Positions 16,657 to 26,500 of a DNA stretch of 64,000 bases are shown here, piece after piece. The number at the start of each line of letters is the position of its first letter. Position 1 is the first letter of the stretch. The DNA lies in contig JAFYPD010000028.1 of NCBI GenBank assembly GCA_017547685.1, forward strand, positions 2,009 to 66,008, in the 5' to 3' direction. The notes under the pieces were generated by a model that did not search any database, had not been told where the DNA came from, and was given only the letters and a program-made list of their open reading frames with translations. A program made the position numbers and the translations under genes. The stretch is from Peptococcaceae bacterium. Lineage in GTDB: Bacteria > Bacillota > Peptococcia > Peptococcales > Peptococcaceae.

Positions 16657-17619
16657 TTAACCATTTGCAAGTTTCAGAAAAATTAAAAAAACATATTTTT
16701 CTTTCAGTTCAAGTTTATTTTTACAAACCAAAACATCCGCATTTTCTAAAATTTTATAAATTTCTCTTGCATATTGCTTTTTATTACTAAATTTCGCTTC
16801 ACATAAATCCACAAGTAAAAATCTAGTAATCCAGCTCAAATATTCAGCTCCATACAACTTTAAAAAACCTTTTTCCTGCCAATAGTCTGTAATAATGCGA
16901 ACCATTCCAATATGAAGTTTGAATTTTTGCTCAAAATCCCGTCCTACGGTCTCCATCAAAGACCCTTCGCGATACCAGCGATAGTTATAAAGCTTATCTG
17001 CAATGAACGCAATACTGCCTGCCTGAGGGAACAGACATAACTGAAAAATCAGATCCTCACCAAAACGAATAGACTCATCAAATAAAATATCTGTTTTTTC
17101 TAAAAAAGACCTCTTAATGCAATTTCTCCAAACAAATGGTGTTGCACCTTGGTGCTTAAATAATGCATCTGGCTCAAACTGTTTATAAAATTTTGTTTTT
17201 GGAGACAATACTTTTCTCAACCAGTCATTTGGATACGGAATGGTAGGGAAAATATGACTTCCAAACACAATAATATCTGCATTATTCTCCAATCGTTCAA
17301 TATATACTCGTTCACAGGCATTAACACTCAAATAATCGTCAGAATCTAAAAATATGAGATACTCGCCTGTGGCTTGCTTTATACCAGCATTCCGTGCAGA
17401 TGATAACCCACCATTTTCTTTATTAACCAGACAAATTCTATTGTCAATTTTCATGTAATCTTCAATAATAGAAACGGAATTGTCTTTTGTTCCATCGTTT
17501 ACACAGATGATTTCAATATCCATTAAAGTTTGATTGAGGACACTCTCAAGACAACGACCAAGATAATTTTCAACATTATACACCGGAATGATTATCGATA
17601 TTTTAGGATTCTTATTCAT
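16657..17619 (-). CDS. Family-2 glycosyltransferase
   Basis: ISIIIPVYNVENYLGRCLESVLNQT, CVNDGTKD and LDSDD (DxD) motifs. ATGA overlap with the upstream gene. Confidence 0.85.
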   Translation of the reverse strand: MNKNPKISIIIPVYNVENYLGRCLESVLNQTLMDIEIICVNDGTKDNSVSIIEDYMKIDNRICLVNKENGGLSSARNAGIKQATGEYLIFLDSDDYLSVNACERVYIERLENNADIIVFGSHIFPTIPYPNDWLRKVLSPKTKFYKQFEPDALFKHQGATPFVWRNCIKRSFLEKTDILFDESIRFGEDLIFQLCLFPQAGSIAFIADKLYNYRWYREGSLMETVGRDFEQKFKLHIGMVRIITDYWQEKGFLKLYGAEYLSWITRFLLVDLCEAKFSNKKQYAREIYKILENADVLVCKNKLELKEKYVFLIFLKLANG

Positions 17620-18791
17620 CGTCTCACCTTCCGCATCACTTTCTGATAAACACGTTTCAATGTATAAAACATTCCATGTTCTTTATAGCAGCGGTAGCCA
17701 CCATAAAGTTTTCTTGGAACATAAGTAATTTTTCGCACTACTTTATAAACAGGAGATTTTTGTTCTACCAGCTGTACAGTTTTATTATGGCCTGAACCAA
17801 TCATGTTATTGGTATGATAAATAACGGGATCTTCAATTAATTTCTGTAAATCTTTCCACTTATACCATTCAAAATATTCTTTATCCAGCGTTCCATTTTC
17901 CATATCAGACTTAAATTCTCCGCTAGCTCGCTCAATAAAGATGTATTTAAACTTCAATCCTAATCGGTCGTAATTCCACATATAAGTGTCATATTTTATT
18001 CTATTTTTTAAACATTCTAATTTTGCTTTTAACTGCGGGCGTTCATTTAAAAACCGATCCATTTCTTCATACTCATCACAAACACAGAACACTTTTCCTT
18101 TAGAATTTACCGAGGAATTTTCATTATCCTGACGATAGTGTAAAAACGCATCCTGCACTAATTGTATTCTTTCTGCACATGCCCAAACTTTAAAATTAAA
18201 ACCGGCATCCTGATAGGATGCACCAGGTGTTTCGTTAAATTTAATATCGTTGTTTTCTAAAAAATCTTTTCGATAAATTGCAGACCAGATTGTTGGTTTA
18301 ATATTAAAAAACTCCACCATTTCCATTTTAGATTTAAAATCATTTCTAGGACAAATTGTTCGATTGCTAATGACTTTAGACACAATTTCCACTTTTTCGT
18401 TTTTTTCATTCGGAATCGAATAATACAAATAATATCCGGATTTAACAACATCTAAATTATGTTGTTTCGCACGTTCATATAATGTCTCAAACATATTTAA
18501 TTCGGCATAATCATCAGATTCCACAATACCTACATATTCACCAGTTGCCATGGCAAAACCACAGTTCATAGAATGGCCGTAACCGCTGTTCTCTTTGTCA
18601 ATAATTTTTACACGACTATCTTTTGCCGCATATTCCTGCATAATTGCCAGCGAACTATCTTTAGAACCATCATTTACGCAGATAATTTCAATTTCTTTCA
18701 ATGTCTGGTTTACAACACTGTCCAGACACTGTCTTAAATATTTTTCAACATTATAAATTGGAATTACAATTGATACTTTTGGCTGCAACAT
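17616..18791 (-). CDS. Family-2 glycosyltransferase with extended C-terminal domain (paralogue of 21446..22525)
   Basis: VSIVIPIYNVEKYLRQCLDSVVNQT, CVNDGSKD and VESDD motifs. The C-terminal region YQDAGFNFKVWACAERIQLVQDAFLHYRQDNENSSV is shared with the 21446 gene. Confidence 0.85.
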   Translation of the reverse strand: MLQPKVSIVIPIYNVEKYLRQCLDSVVNQTLKEIEIICVNDGSKDSSLAIMQEYAAKDSRVKIIDKENSGYGHSMNCGFAMATGEYVGIVESDDYAELNMFETLYERAKQHNLDVVKSGYYLYYSIPNEKNEKVEIVSKVISNRTICPRNDFKSKMEMVEFFNIKPTIWSAIYRKDFLENNDIKFNETPGASYQDAGFNFKVWACAERIQLVQDAFLHYRQDNENSSVNSKGKVFCVCDEYEEMDRFLNERPQLKAKLECLKNRIKYDTYMWNYDRLGLKFKYIFIERASGEFKSDMENGTLDKEYFEWYKWKDLQKLIEDPVIYHTNNMIGSGHNKTVQLVEQKSPVYKVVRKITYVPRKLYGGYRCYKEHGMFYTLKRVYQKVMRKVRR

Positions 18792-18808
18792 AAAAATTCC
18801 CTCCCGAT

Positions 18809-19912
18809 TTATGCATCAAACTCTTCTCTTACAGCCTCTAGTGCTGCTATGATGGTTTTATCCATATCATAGTATTTATATCCGCCCAGTCTTCCGCCAA
18901 AGATTATCTGGTTCTGTTCTTTCGCCAGTTCCTGATACTGCTGATACAAGCTATTATTTCGCTCATCATTAATTGGATAATACGGTTCATCACCCTGTTT
19001 CCATTCTGACGGATATTCACGGGAAATCACTGTTTTCGACTGTTTCCCAAATTCAAAATGCTTGTGTTCAATAATTCTGGTATATGGCACTTCACGTTCC
19101 GTATAATTGACAACAGCATTCCCCTGATAGTTTTCCTCGTTTAATACCTCTGTTTCAAAGCGAACCGAACGGTACTGTAATACACCTAACTGGTAATCAA
19201 AAAATTCGTCAATCATACCGGTAAATACCGTTTTTGCTGCAATTTCAGGATTATCTTTAATAAAATCAAAATAATCAGTAGAGAGTTTTACATCAATACC
19301 ATTCAGCATTTTTTCAATAATTGCTGTATAGCCACCAATTGGAATGCCTTGATACCGATCATTAAAATAATTGTTATCATACGTAAAACGTACTGGTAAA
19401 CGCTTAATAATAAACGATGGCAGTTCTTTACAATTTCTGCCCCATTGTTTTTCTGTATAGCCTTTTACCAGTTTCTGATAAATGTCTGTTCCAACCAGAG
19501 AAAGCGCCTGTTCTTCTAAATTCTGCGGTTCTGTTATATTGAGTTCAGCAATCTGATCAGCAATTTTCATTTTAGCTTCCTGCGGTGTACGAATCCCCCA
19601 CATTTTACTAAAAGTATTCATATTAAATGGCATATTGTACAGTTCATCTTTATAAACAGCAATTGGAGAATTCACATAGTGATTAAACTCTGCAAACTGA
19701 TTCACATAGTCCCAAACTGCTTTGTCACTGGTATGAAAAATATGAGCCCCATATCTATGCACATTAATGTCTTCAATATTTTCCGTATAAATATTTCCAC
19801 CAACATGATTACGACGATCAATTACAAGACATTTCTTGCCCCGTTTATTTGCTTCGTAAGCAAATACCGCTCCATATAAACCTGCACCAACTATCAAATA
19901 ATCATAATGCAT
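18809..19912 (-). CDS. glf: UDP-galactopyranose mutase
   Basis: MHYDYLIVGAGLYGAVFA (FAD fold), GGNIYT, HRYGAHIFHT, GIPIGGYT and GRLGGYKYYDMD motifs. ATG 19912 is preferred over GTG 19921. Confidence 0.9.
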   Translation of the reverse strand: MHYDYLIVGAGLYGAVFAYEANKRGKKCLVIDRRNHVGGNIYTENIEDINVHRYGAHIFHTSDKAVWDYVNQFAEFNHYVNSPIAVYKDELYNMPFNMNTFSKMWGIRTPQEAKMKIADQIAELNITEPQNLEEQALSLVGTDIYQKLVKGYTEKQWGRNCKELPSFIIKRLPVRFTYDNNYFNDRYQGIPIGGYTAIIEKMLNGIDVKLSTDYFDFIKDNPEIAAKTVFTGMIDEFFDYQLGVLQYRSVRFETEVLNEENYQGNAVVNYTEREVPYTRIIEHKHFEFGKQSKTVISREYPSEWKQGDEPYYPINDERNNSLYQQYQELAKEQNQIIFGGRLGGYKYYDMDKTIIAALEAVREEFDA

Positions 19913-19923
19913 TATTATCACCT

Positions 19924-20652
19924 TTACTTTTTCATATATTTCTCATACATATCACACATCGTTTTTGTATCGCCAATACCACGCATCTCGCCTTTTTCCA
20001 GCCATACCACCTGGGTACACATTTCCCGAATCTGTGCCATGGAATGGGATACCAGAATGGTGGTAGTCCCGCCGCTCATCATTTCTCGCATTCGGTTTTC
20101 ACTTTTTTTACGAAACCTGATGTCACCCACAGACAATACTTCATCTAACACCAGAATGTCCGGGTTCACTCTGCTGGCTAACGAAAAGGCCAGTTTGCTT
20201 TTCATCCCGCTGGATAATTTTTTAAACGCTGCATCTTCAAACTCTCTCAGTTCGGAAAACTCAATGATATTCTCATATTCATTATCTACAAATTCTCTGG
20301 TATAGCCTAATAATGCCCCTCGCAGATACACGTTCTCTTTTACCGTTAAATCACCATCAAACCCGGCACCCAGTTCCAGCAAAGCCGCAACGGAACCATT
20401 AGCAGTAATGCTGCCTTTGGTTGGTGGCATAATACCGGCCAACACTTTTAAAATGGTGGACTTTCCGGAACCGTTGGAACCAATAATGCCCAGCAGTGTT
20501 CCCTTTTCCACATGAAAACTCACATCGCGCAACGCCCAGAATTCTTTTACCATCATCTGGCCTTTTGCTTTTTTTATCAAATATTCTTTTATGCCAATAT
20601 CCTTAAAGTCGCCCATAATGTAGCGCACGGATACGTTATTTACATCTATCAT
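19924..20652 (-). CDS. Polysaccharide/teichoic-acid export ABC transporter ATP-binding protein (TagH/Wzt type)
   Basis: GIIGSNGSGKST (Walker A), LSSGMKSKLAF (signature) and ILVLDEVLSVGD (Walker B). Confidence 0.85.
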   Translation of the reverse strand: MIDVNNVSVRYIMGDFKDIGIKEYLIKKAKGQMMVKEFWALRDVSFHVEKGTLLGIIGSNGSGKSTILKVLAGIMPPTKGSITANGSVAALLELGAGFDGDLTVKENVYLRGALLGYTREFVDNEYENIIEFSELREFEDAAFKKLSSGMKSKLAFSLASRVNPDILVLDEVLSVGDIRFRKKSENRMREMMSGGTTTILVSHSMAQIREMCTQVVWLEKGEMRGIGDTKTMCDMYEKYMKK

Positions 20653-20663
20653 TGTTTTATCTC

Positions 20664-21434
20664 CTATACATAATACAGGAATTTGTAATTGTATTTTTTG
20701 TACATCCAGCAGCCAATACCAAACAGCAGCAGAGATACTGCCAGCATAACACCGTGAAATTCTATGGAAGGAATCACACCATCAATCACCACACTGCGAA
20801 AATAAGTCACATAGTAGTACAAAGGATTCAGATAAAAAATCCACTGCTTATCACCTAAAATGTCAGTAGTATAAAAAATCGGGGTGGCATACATCAATGC
20901 TGTACTGAATACACCGTATAAATACTGCACATCCCGAAAGAACACAAATAATGCCGATAAAATCAGCCCGATACCTAAAATCAGTAGAAACATACATGCT
21001 ATTGGATATAACAGTGTAATGAATTTCCAGGTAATCGGCAGCCCGTAAGCCACAATAAACACAGCATAAATCACCAAGGTTAAAAAGAAATTAATACTGC
21101 TGGATGCCACTCGGGAAAACAGAAACATATACTTCGGCACTTTCACCTTTGAAAAAATGCTGGCATTGGCCATTAACGAGTTCATGGCTCCATTGGTGGC
21201 ATCGTTATAGTATTGAAAAATCAGCCATCCGGAAAACAGATAAATGGTGTAATACTCCTGCGTACGGCCAAAAAATGTGCCAAATACAAAATTTAATACC
21301 AGTAAGGTAAATAACGGTGCCAGCATACTCCAAAGCACACCTAAAAAACTGCGCTTGTATTTCTTTTTAAAATCTCGTTTTACCAGTTCGGTAAACACAA
21401 ATTTGTGTCGTTTATATAAATTGATTAAATTCAA
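20664..21434 (-). CDS. ABC-2 type polysaccharide export permease (TagG/Wzm type)
   Basis: 256 aa. The N-terminus LVKRDFKKKYKRSFLGVLWSMLAPL is the ABC-2 signature. About 6 hydrophobic segments. It sits adjacent to the ATPase gene. Confidence 0.8.
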   Translation of the reverse strand: MNLINLYKRHKFVFTELVKRDFKKKYKRSFLGVLWSMLAPLFTLLVLNFVFGTFFGRTQEYYTIYLFSGWLIFQYYNDATNGAMNSLMANASIFSKVKVPKYMFLFSRVASSSINFFLTLVIYAVFIVAYGLPITWKFITLLYPIACMFLLILGIGLILSALFVFFRDVQYLYGVFSTALMYATPIFYTTDILGDKQWIFYLNPLYYYVTYFRSVVIDGVIPSIEFHGVMLAVSLLLFGIGCWMYKKYNYKFLYYV

Positions 21435-21445
21435 GTTTTTGTCAC

Positions 21446-22525
21446 TTACTTTCTAAGTAATCTTTTTATCACTGCCTGTACCATACAGGTTAATCCAGCG
21501 ATTCTGCCGATTAATAAAGCACGATACACTTTGTTCGGCAGTTTCTGACGAAACGGTAGAATCACCTGTTCCCGCTTCCAGAACTGCTGCGGCTGTTCTA
21601 AAATCATTTGGAGCATACGCGCATCCGTTTTTGAAAACTCCGCCATCTGCATCTGGCCGCTGTGCTGCAACTGGTTAAAATCCTGCTGCATCTGAATCAG
21701 GAAATCTTCACACAACTCCGGTTTCAGCCGCACATAATTCCATAAGTAGGTATGGAACATCGCCTCATTTCTTATTTTATGTAATACGCTGTATGCTTTT
21801 TTCTGGTTTAAAAAAGAATTAATTGCCTGATATTCCTTCCGGATAAAGGATGCCTTTCCAGCAGAATGCACCGAGGAGTTCTCATTGTCCTGCCGGTAAT
21901 ACAGCAACGCATCCGGTAACAATACTACCCGTTCAGCAGCAGCAAATACTTTAAATGTGAACGAAGTATCCTGATAAGCCGCTCCCGGTGTTTCCAGAAA
22001 AGAAATCTGGTTATCCATTAAAAATGTCCGTTTATATATACCAGACCAAATACTTGGCTGAATACGGAATAATCTCTGATATGCCCATGGATGAATTACC
22101 TGATTGTACGGGAGATTTTTTAATACCGGTTCTGCTTTTGTTTTTTCTTTTGGTTTCGACCAGTAACGATAGAAATTGCTTTTCACAATCTGTGCCTGAT
22201 AATGTACAGCTGTCTGATACAGTTTTTCATACAAATCCGGGGCCGCAAAATCATCGGATTCCACAACACCGATATATTCCCCCTGTGCCATTTGCAAACC
22301 GGTATTCATTGCTTTCCCATAACCGCCGTTTTCTTTATGAACCACGTGAACACGCTGATCCTTTGCAGCGTAATGATCTAAAATTCTACCAGAACTGTCT
22401 GTTGAACCATCATCTATGCAAATAATCTCAATATCCCGCAGAGTCTGTGCAAGAATGCTGTCCAGACATTTCGGCAGATATTTCTCCACATTATAAACCG
22501 GTACCAGAACACTTACTTTGCACAT
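21446..22525 (-). CDS. Family-2 glycosyltransferase (paralogue of 17616..18791)
   Basis: MCKVSVLVPVYNVEKYLPKCLDSILAQT, CIDDGSTD and VESDD motifs. AAGGGGA plus ATG 22525 immediately follows the upstream stop, so the start is trimmed from the track value 22558. Confidence 0.85.
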   Translation of the reverse strand: MCKVSVLVPVYNVEKYLPKCLDSILAQTLRDIEIICIDDGSTDSSGRILDHYAAKDQRVHVVHKENGGYGKAMNTGLQMAQGEYIGVVESDDFAAPDLYEKLYQTAVHYQAQIVKSNFYRYWSKPKEKTKAEPVLKNLPYNQVIHPWAYQRLFRIQPSIWSGIYKRTFLMDNQISFLETPGAAYQDTSFTFKVFAAAERVVLLPDALLYYRQDNENSSVHSAGKASFIRKEYQAINSFLNQKKAYSVLHKIRNEAMFHTYLWNYVRLKPELCEDFLIQMQQDFNQLQHSGQMQMAEFSKTDARMLQMILEQPQQFWKREQVILPFRQKLPNKVYRALLIGRIAGLTCMVQAVIKRLLRK

Positions 22526-22526
22526 A

Positions 22527-23303
22527 TTATTTCCCCTTACGATACTTCTTCCATCCATTCACCGCATACTGCACAAAGTACCATCCGGAACGCAGCATGC
22601 CATATCCCAGATAACGCCGATAAACTTCCCATCTGCCCTGCGCTGCTTTCCATTTATTTGCGGAACGTCCTGTTTGCGCTAATCGATAACGGGTTAAACA
22701 CTGGTTCAGCACACAGCCTTTTGCTCCGCTCTGTAGCAGTTCCAGCCAGTACACATAATCCTCATGATTATATGTACCATCCATGGTATGCGCCCTGGCA
22801 ACTTCGCTGCGAATCACTGCGGAAGAGCAGCAAATATAGTTTTCTTTTAATAAATCTTCCATCATAATTTTCTGATGGCGCATCATACGTGTTTTAATAT
22901 GCTGTCCATCATCATTCACCATTTCATAAGCAGTACAGCTGAAATCACACTGCTGCTGTTCCATCCAGGCAATCTGCTGATGCAGTTTATCATTATGCCA
23001 GCCATCATCACTGTCTAAAAAGGCAATATGCTGGCCCTGAGCCAGATGAATACCTCTATTGCGTGTATCAGCCACACCCTGATTTTTCTGGTTTCTTATT
23101 ACCTGAATACGGCTGTCTTTTTCTGCCCAGCGGTACAGCATTTGCAGGCTGTTATCGGTGGAGCAGTCATCAATAGCCAGCAGTTCAAAATCCGGCATGG
23201 TCTGCTGTAATACCGATGTGATAGTGCGGTTTAAATATCGTTCACTGTTATACACCGGCAAAATAATAGAGCACACCGGCTGTTTTTTCTGCTTCAAACC
23301 CAT
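22527..23303 (-). CDS. Family-2 glycosyltransferase
   Basis: CSIILPVYNSERYLNRTITSVLQQT, AIDDCSTD and LDSDD motifs. The start is uncertain: the track uses TTG 23330, which lies inside the palindrome at 23322-23357, and ATG 23303 gives the usual short N-terminus. Confidence 0.8.
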   Translation of the reverse strand: MGLKQKKQPVCSIILPVYNSERYLNRTITSVLQQTMPDFELLAIDDCSTDNSLQMLYRWAEKDSRIQVIRNQKNQGVADTRNRGIHLAQGQHIAFLDSDDGWHNDKLHQQIAWMEQQQCDFSCTAYEMVNDDGQHIKTRMMRHQKIMMEDLLKENYICCSSAVIRSEVARAHTMDGTYNHEDYVYWLELLQSGAKGCVLNQCLTRYRLAQTGRSANKWKAAQGRWEVYRRYLGYGMLRSGWYFVQYAVNGWKKYRKGK

Positions 23304-23321
23304 CACCTCGATAAATTCAAA

Positions 23322-23357
23322 AGTGTCCAAAAAGGTATACTTTTCTGCACACTATTT
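23322..23357. promoter_or_regulatory. Palindromic box copy 1 (candidate operator)
   Basis: agtgtccaaaaaggtatacttttctgcacactattt. 33/36 identical to copy 2. Imperfect dyad centred on GTATAC. Confidence 0.5.
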
Positions 23358-23394
23358 TTTTCCAGCAAATTTCACAGCTAACTCACTATATCTA

Positions 23395-23434
23395 GTGGAT
23401 ATACAGGGTTCATTCCCTATATATCCACTTTTTT
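23395..23434 (+). other. Hairpin plus T-run between the two palindromic boxes
   Basis: gtggatata ... tatatccac followed by tttttt. There is no + strand gene to terminate, so its function is unclear. Confidence 0.3.
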
Positions 23435-23447
23435 ATTTCCATTTTCT

Positions 23448-23483
23448 AGTGTCCAAAAAGGTATACTTTTTCGGACACTATTT
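23448..23483. promoter_or_regulatory. Palindromic box copy 2 (candidate operator or 5' stem-loop)
   Basis: agtgtccaaaaaggtatactttttcggacactattt. The half-sites match 14/16 as an inverted repeat. It lies just downstream of a candidate extended -10 (tgatagaat, minus strand, ~23493-23501). Confidence 0.5.
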
Positions 23484-23579
23484 ATTGTATATTCTATCAT
23501 AGATTTCTACAAATGAAAACAACAAATATCCCCCGTTTCAAAGGGATTTTCATTTATTTCTATCACTGTTTTTATTCTG

Positions 23580-26500
23580 TTACAATATCTCCCACGCGGC
23601 TTTGCTGCCTTTTTCGGTTTTGGTGACTACCAGTTTCCGGTCAATCTGATGTTTCAGTTCGGTAACGTGAGAGATAATGCCCACCAGCCGTTTCCCGCCG
23701 GACAGCTCATTTAAAATGGCAATGGCCTGGTTGCGGGTTTCTTCGCTGAGGGAGCCGAACCCTTCATCAATAAACATGGTGTCAATGTGCACGCTGCTGG
23801 CTGTATTCTGAATCATATCGGCCATGCCCAGCGCCAGGGAAAGGGCTGCCATAAAGGATTCGCCGCCGGATAATGTTTTCACATCGCGGCTCTGGTCGTT
23901 CACAATGCTGTACACATCCAGATCAAGCCCTACAAATCCCTGACTGGCTAAATCTTCTGTATCGCGGCACTGCAGAATAAACTGGCCGCCGCTCATCACA
24001 TACAGCCGTTTGTTGGCGTTGTCCACAATCTGCTGAAAATATCTGCGCTGGATATAAGTCTGAAATTTCAGATGTTTTCCGCTTAATTTTCCGTTAGCTG
24101 TGGCATCCAGATTTCTGAGAATGCTGTTTTCCCGCAGCATGGTTTCTCTGCTTCGGTACAGGTTCTGTACCTTATGATGTACATCCCGGTTATTCTCTAT
24201 CTGGCTGAACAGCAGCGTTGCTGTGTCCCGGTTCTGCTTCATCTGCACCTGCAGTTCCTGCAGTTTTGCCTGATAGCTCTGCGTATCCTGTTTTTCTTTC
24301 CCTTTCACTTCGTCTTCCACGGTGCGAATCTGTGCATGGTTTTCCCGTATCTGATTCTGGTACTGTTCCAGCATCGCTTCGGCAGCTTCCAGTTCAGCCA
24401 GTGGCATCCGGCTGTCACGGTAAGCGCCTTCTGTTATAAAGCCCTGCGCCTGCATGGTCTGTACAAACATCTGATACGCGGCATTCTGTTTTTCCGTCAG
24501 GCTAGTCAGCGTGTTCTGCTGCATCTGCTGCGCGCCCCGTTTTTCCTGCAGCTGATGCACAATATTCTGCAGCTTTGTTTCTTCTGTCTCCCAGCCGGTT
24601 TTCAGCTGCTGCAGCTGCTGTTTCAGCTTATCTGCCGCAGTGCGTGCATCCGTCTCTGTGCTGTACTGCAGCTGCCCTTTCAGCGTTTCCACAGTTGTTG
24701 CATAACCTGCCAGTTTCACTTTTTCATCCTGCAGCTTCTGATACAGTGCCTGCTGTTCTGTGGTTTTCTGCCCGATTTCCTGTTCCAGTGCTGTCAGGGT
24801 TTCTGCGAGTTTCTTTAACGCCTGCTGTGTTTTCTCTGCCGCAGTTCTTCTAACCTGCAGCTGTTTTTTCTCTTCGGCAGCGGCAGATTTTTTCGCCTCC
24901 ACATCCTGTATAGAAACTGCGGGTAAGCGGAATGACACATCGTAGTACTTCTGGCCGTTTTTCAGCACTTCTTTTTCCTGTGCTTTATAGTCACTGATTG
25001 CCTGCTGTAAGTTGCTCTTTGCCTTCTGTGCTTCTTCTCTTGCCTGCTCCAGTTTGTTCTGTGCCGCTTTCAGGGTGCTGCTCTCCACCAGCGTGTTTGC
25101 TGTGTGAGATACCGGCTCATGGTGCCGGGAACCGCACACCGGGCAGGGCTGCCCCTCTTCCAGGCTCTGGGCCAGAATGGCCGCCTGACTGTCCAGAAAC
25201 TGCTGATACAGCTGATTATAGGCTTCTTCCTGCCGCTGTTTCATGTTCTCTGCCTCATTGGCGAGAATGCGCAGTTTCTGCCCGCTGATTCTGGCTGCTT
25301 CCAGCTGTTTCATATCCGCTATCAGGTTTTCAAATTCCGATAGCAGTTCACTGCACCGTTTCAGTTCGCCATCCAGCACTTCCACATGCTCCTGCTTCTG
25401 TTCCAGTTCTTCCTTGCGCTGCACAGTTGTCTGTTTCTGCTGCATCTTCCCGGCAAGCAGTGTTTCCCCGTCCTGCCAGGTTTTCTGCAGCGTGTCACAG
25501 ATGTTCTGCATCTGCGCCTGCCGGGTCACTGCTGTTTCATATGCCTGATACTGCGGGTAGGCTGCCTCAATTCGGGCAATTCTGCTGTTAAAGTCCGGCT
25601 GCTGCTGTTCATACTGTGCTTTTTTCTCTGCGGCAGCAGGCTCCTGCGCCTTTCGCGCGTTTTCCAGGGTATCAATGGCAGTCTGCATAGCACGCAGTTC
25701 CGTCTGACAGGTTTCTGTTTCCTGTTTGCGATCCAGATAAGCCGCTTCTTTCTGCTGTACCAGGTCGGCCTTTTTGCCCAGCGCTGCTTTCTGCTGCAGT
25801 CGTTCCATTTCGCCTCGCCTGTCATCCAGATTCTGTTTTATCTGCAGAAAGCCCTGGTATTTTTCCCAGATGGCATTAAAGGTTTCGGCATCATTTAGCG
25901 TTTTCTGCAGCTGGTCACAGGCTTTCTGGTCAATGGTTTCCTGCCGGCTTAATGCCTGCCGGTTTTCTTCTGCCTCTGCAATCAGCTGAGAGATATACGC
26001 TGTCACCTCATCAGCCTTTGCCGATGCGCGGAAACAGGTGTGTGTTTCAAACTGTTCAGCATACGCACTGTTTTCCATCAGCCGCAGCCGCTGCAGTTCC
26101 ATCTGAATGGCTTCTTCATTGCGTTTCAGCGCAATGCTGCTTTCTTTGGCACGCTCCTGCAGTTCCTGCTCCATATACCGATACACGCGCGTATCAAAAA
26201 TTTTCGCAAAAATCTCCATGCGCTCTTTGGACGTTGCCTGCAGCAGCTTCATAAACTCACCCTGTGCCAGCATGGCGATCTGGGTAAACTGGGAGGCATC
26301 CAGCCCGATAATCTCCCGGATTTTTTTATCGGTCTCTGTTTTTTTGCCGGGATAGCTGGTGCCATCAGGCAGAATCAGTTCCACATCGGGCCCCAGCGGT
26401 GTTTTGTTTTTCTCATATACGGTATTTCCGTCTGCATCTGTTTTTGCTTTATATTTCTCCTGCTTCGGCCGCCGAATCACAGTGTAAATCTGGTCATAGT

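Larger units (their letters stand above)
14135..19925. other. Low-GC segment (about 30-35% GC versus ~50-55% elsewhere) covering four polysaccharide genes
   Basis: Base counts on sample lines: 14221-14280 is 20/60 GC and 24001-24060 is 27/60. Most lines elsewhere look >50% by eye. The shift starts right after the galU start and fades near the glf/ABC-ATPase junction. Confidence 0.6.
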
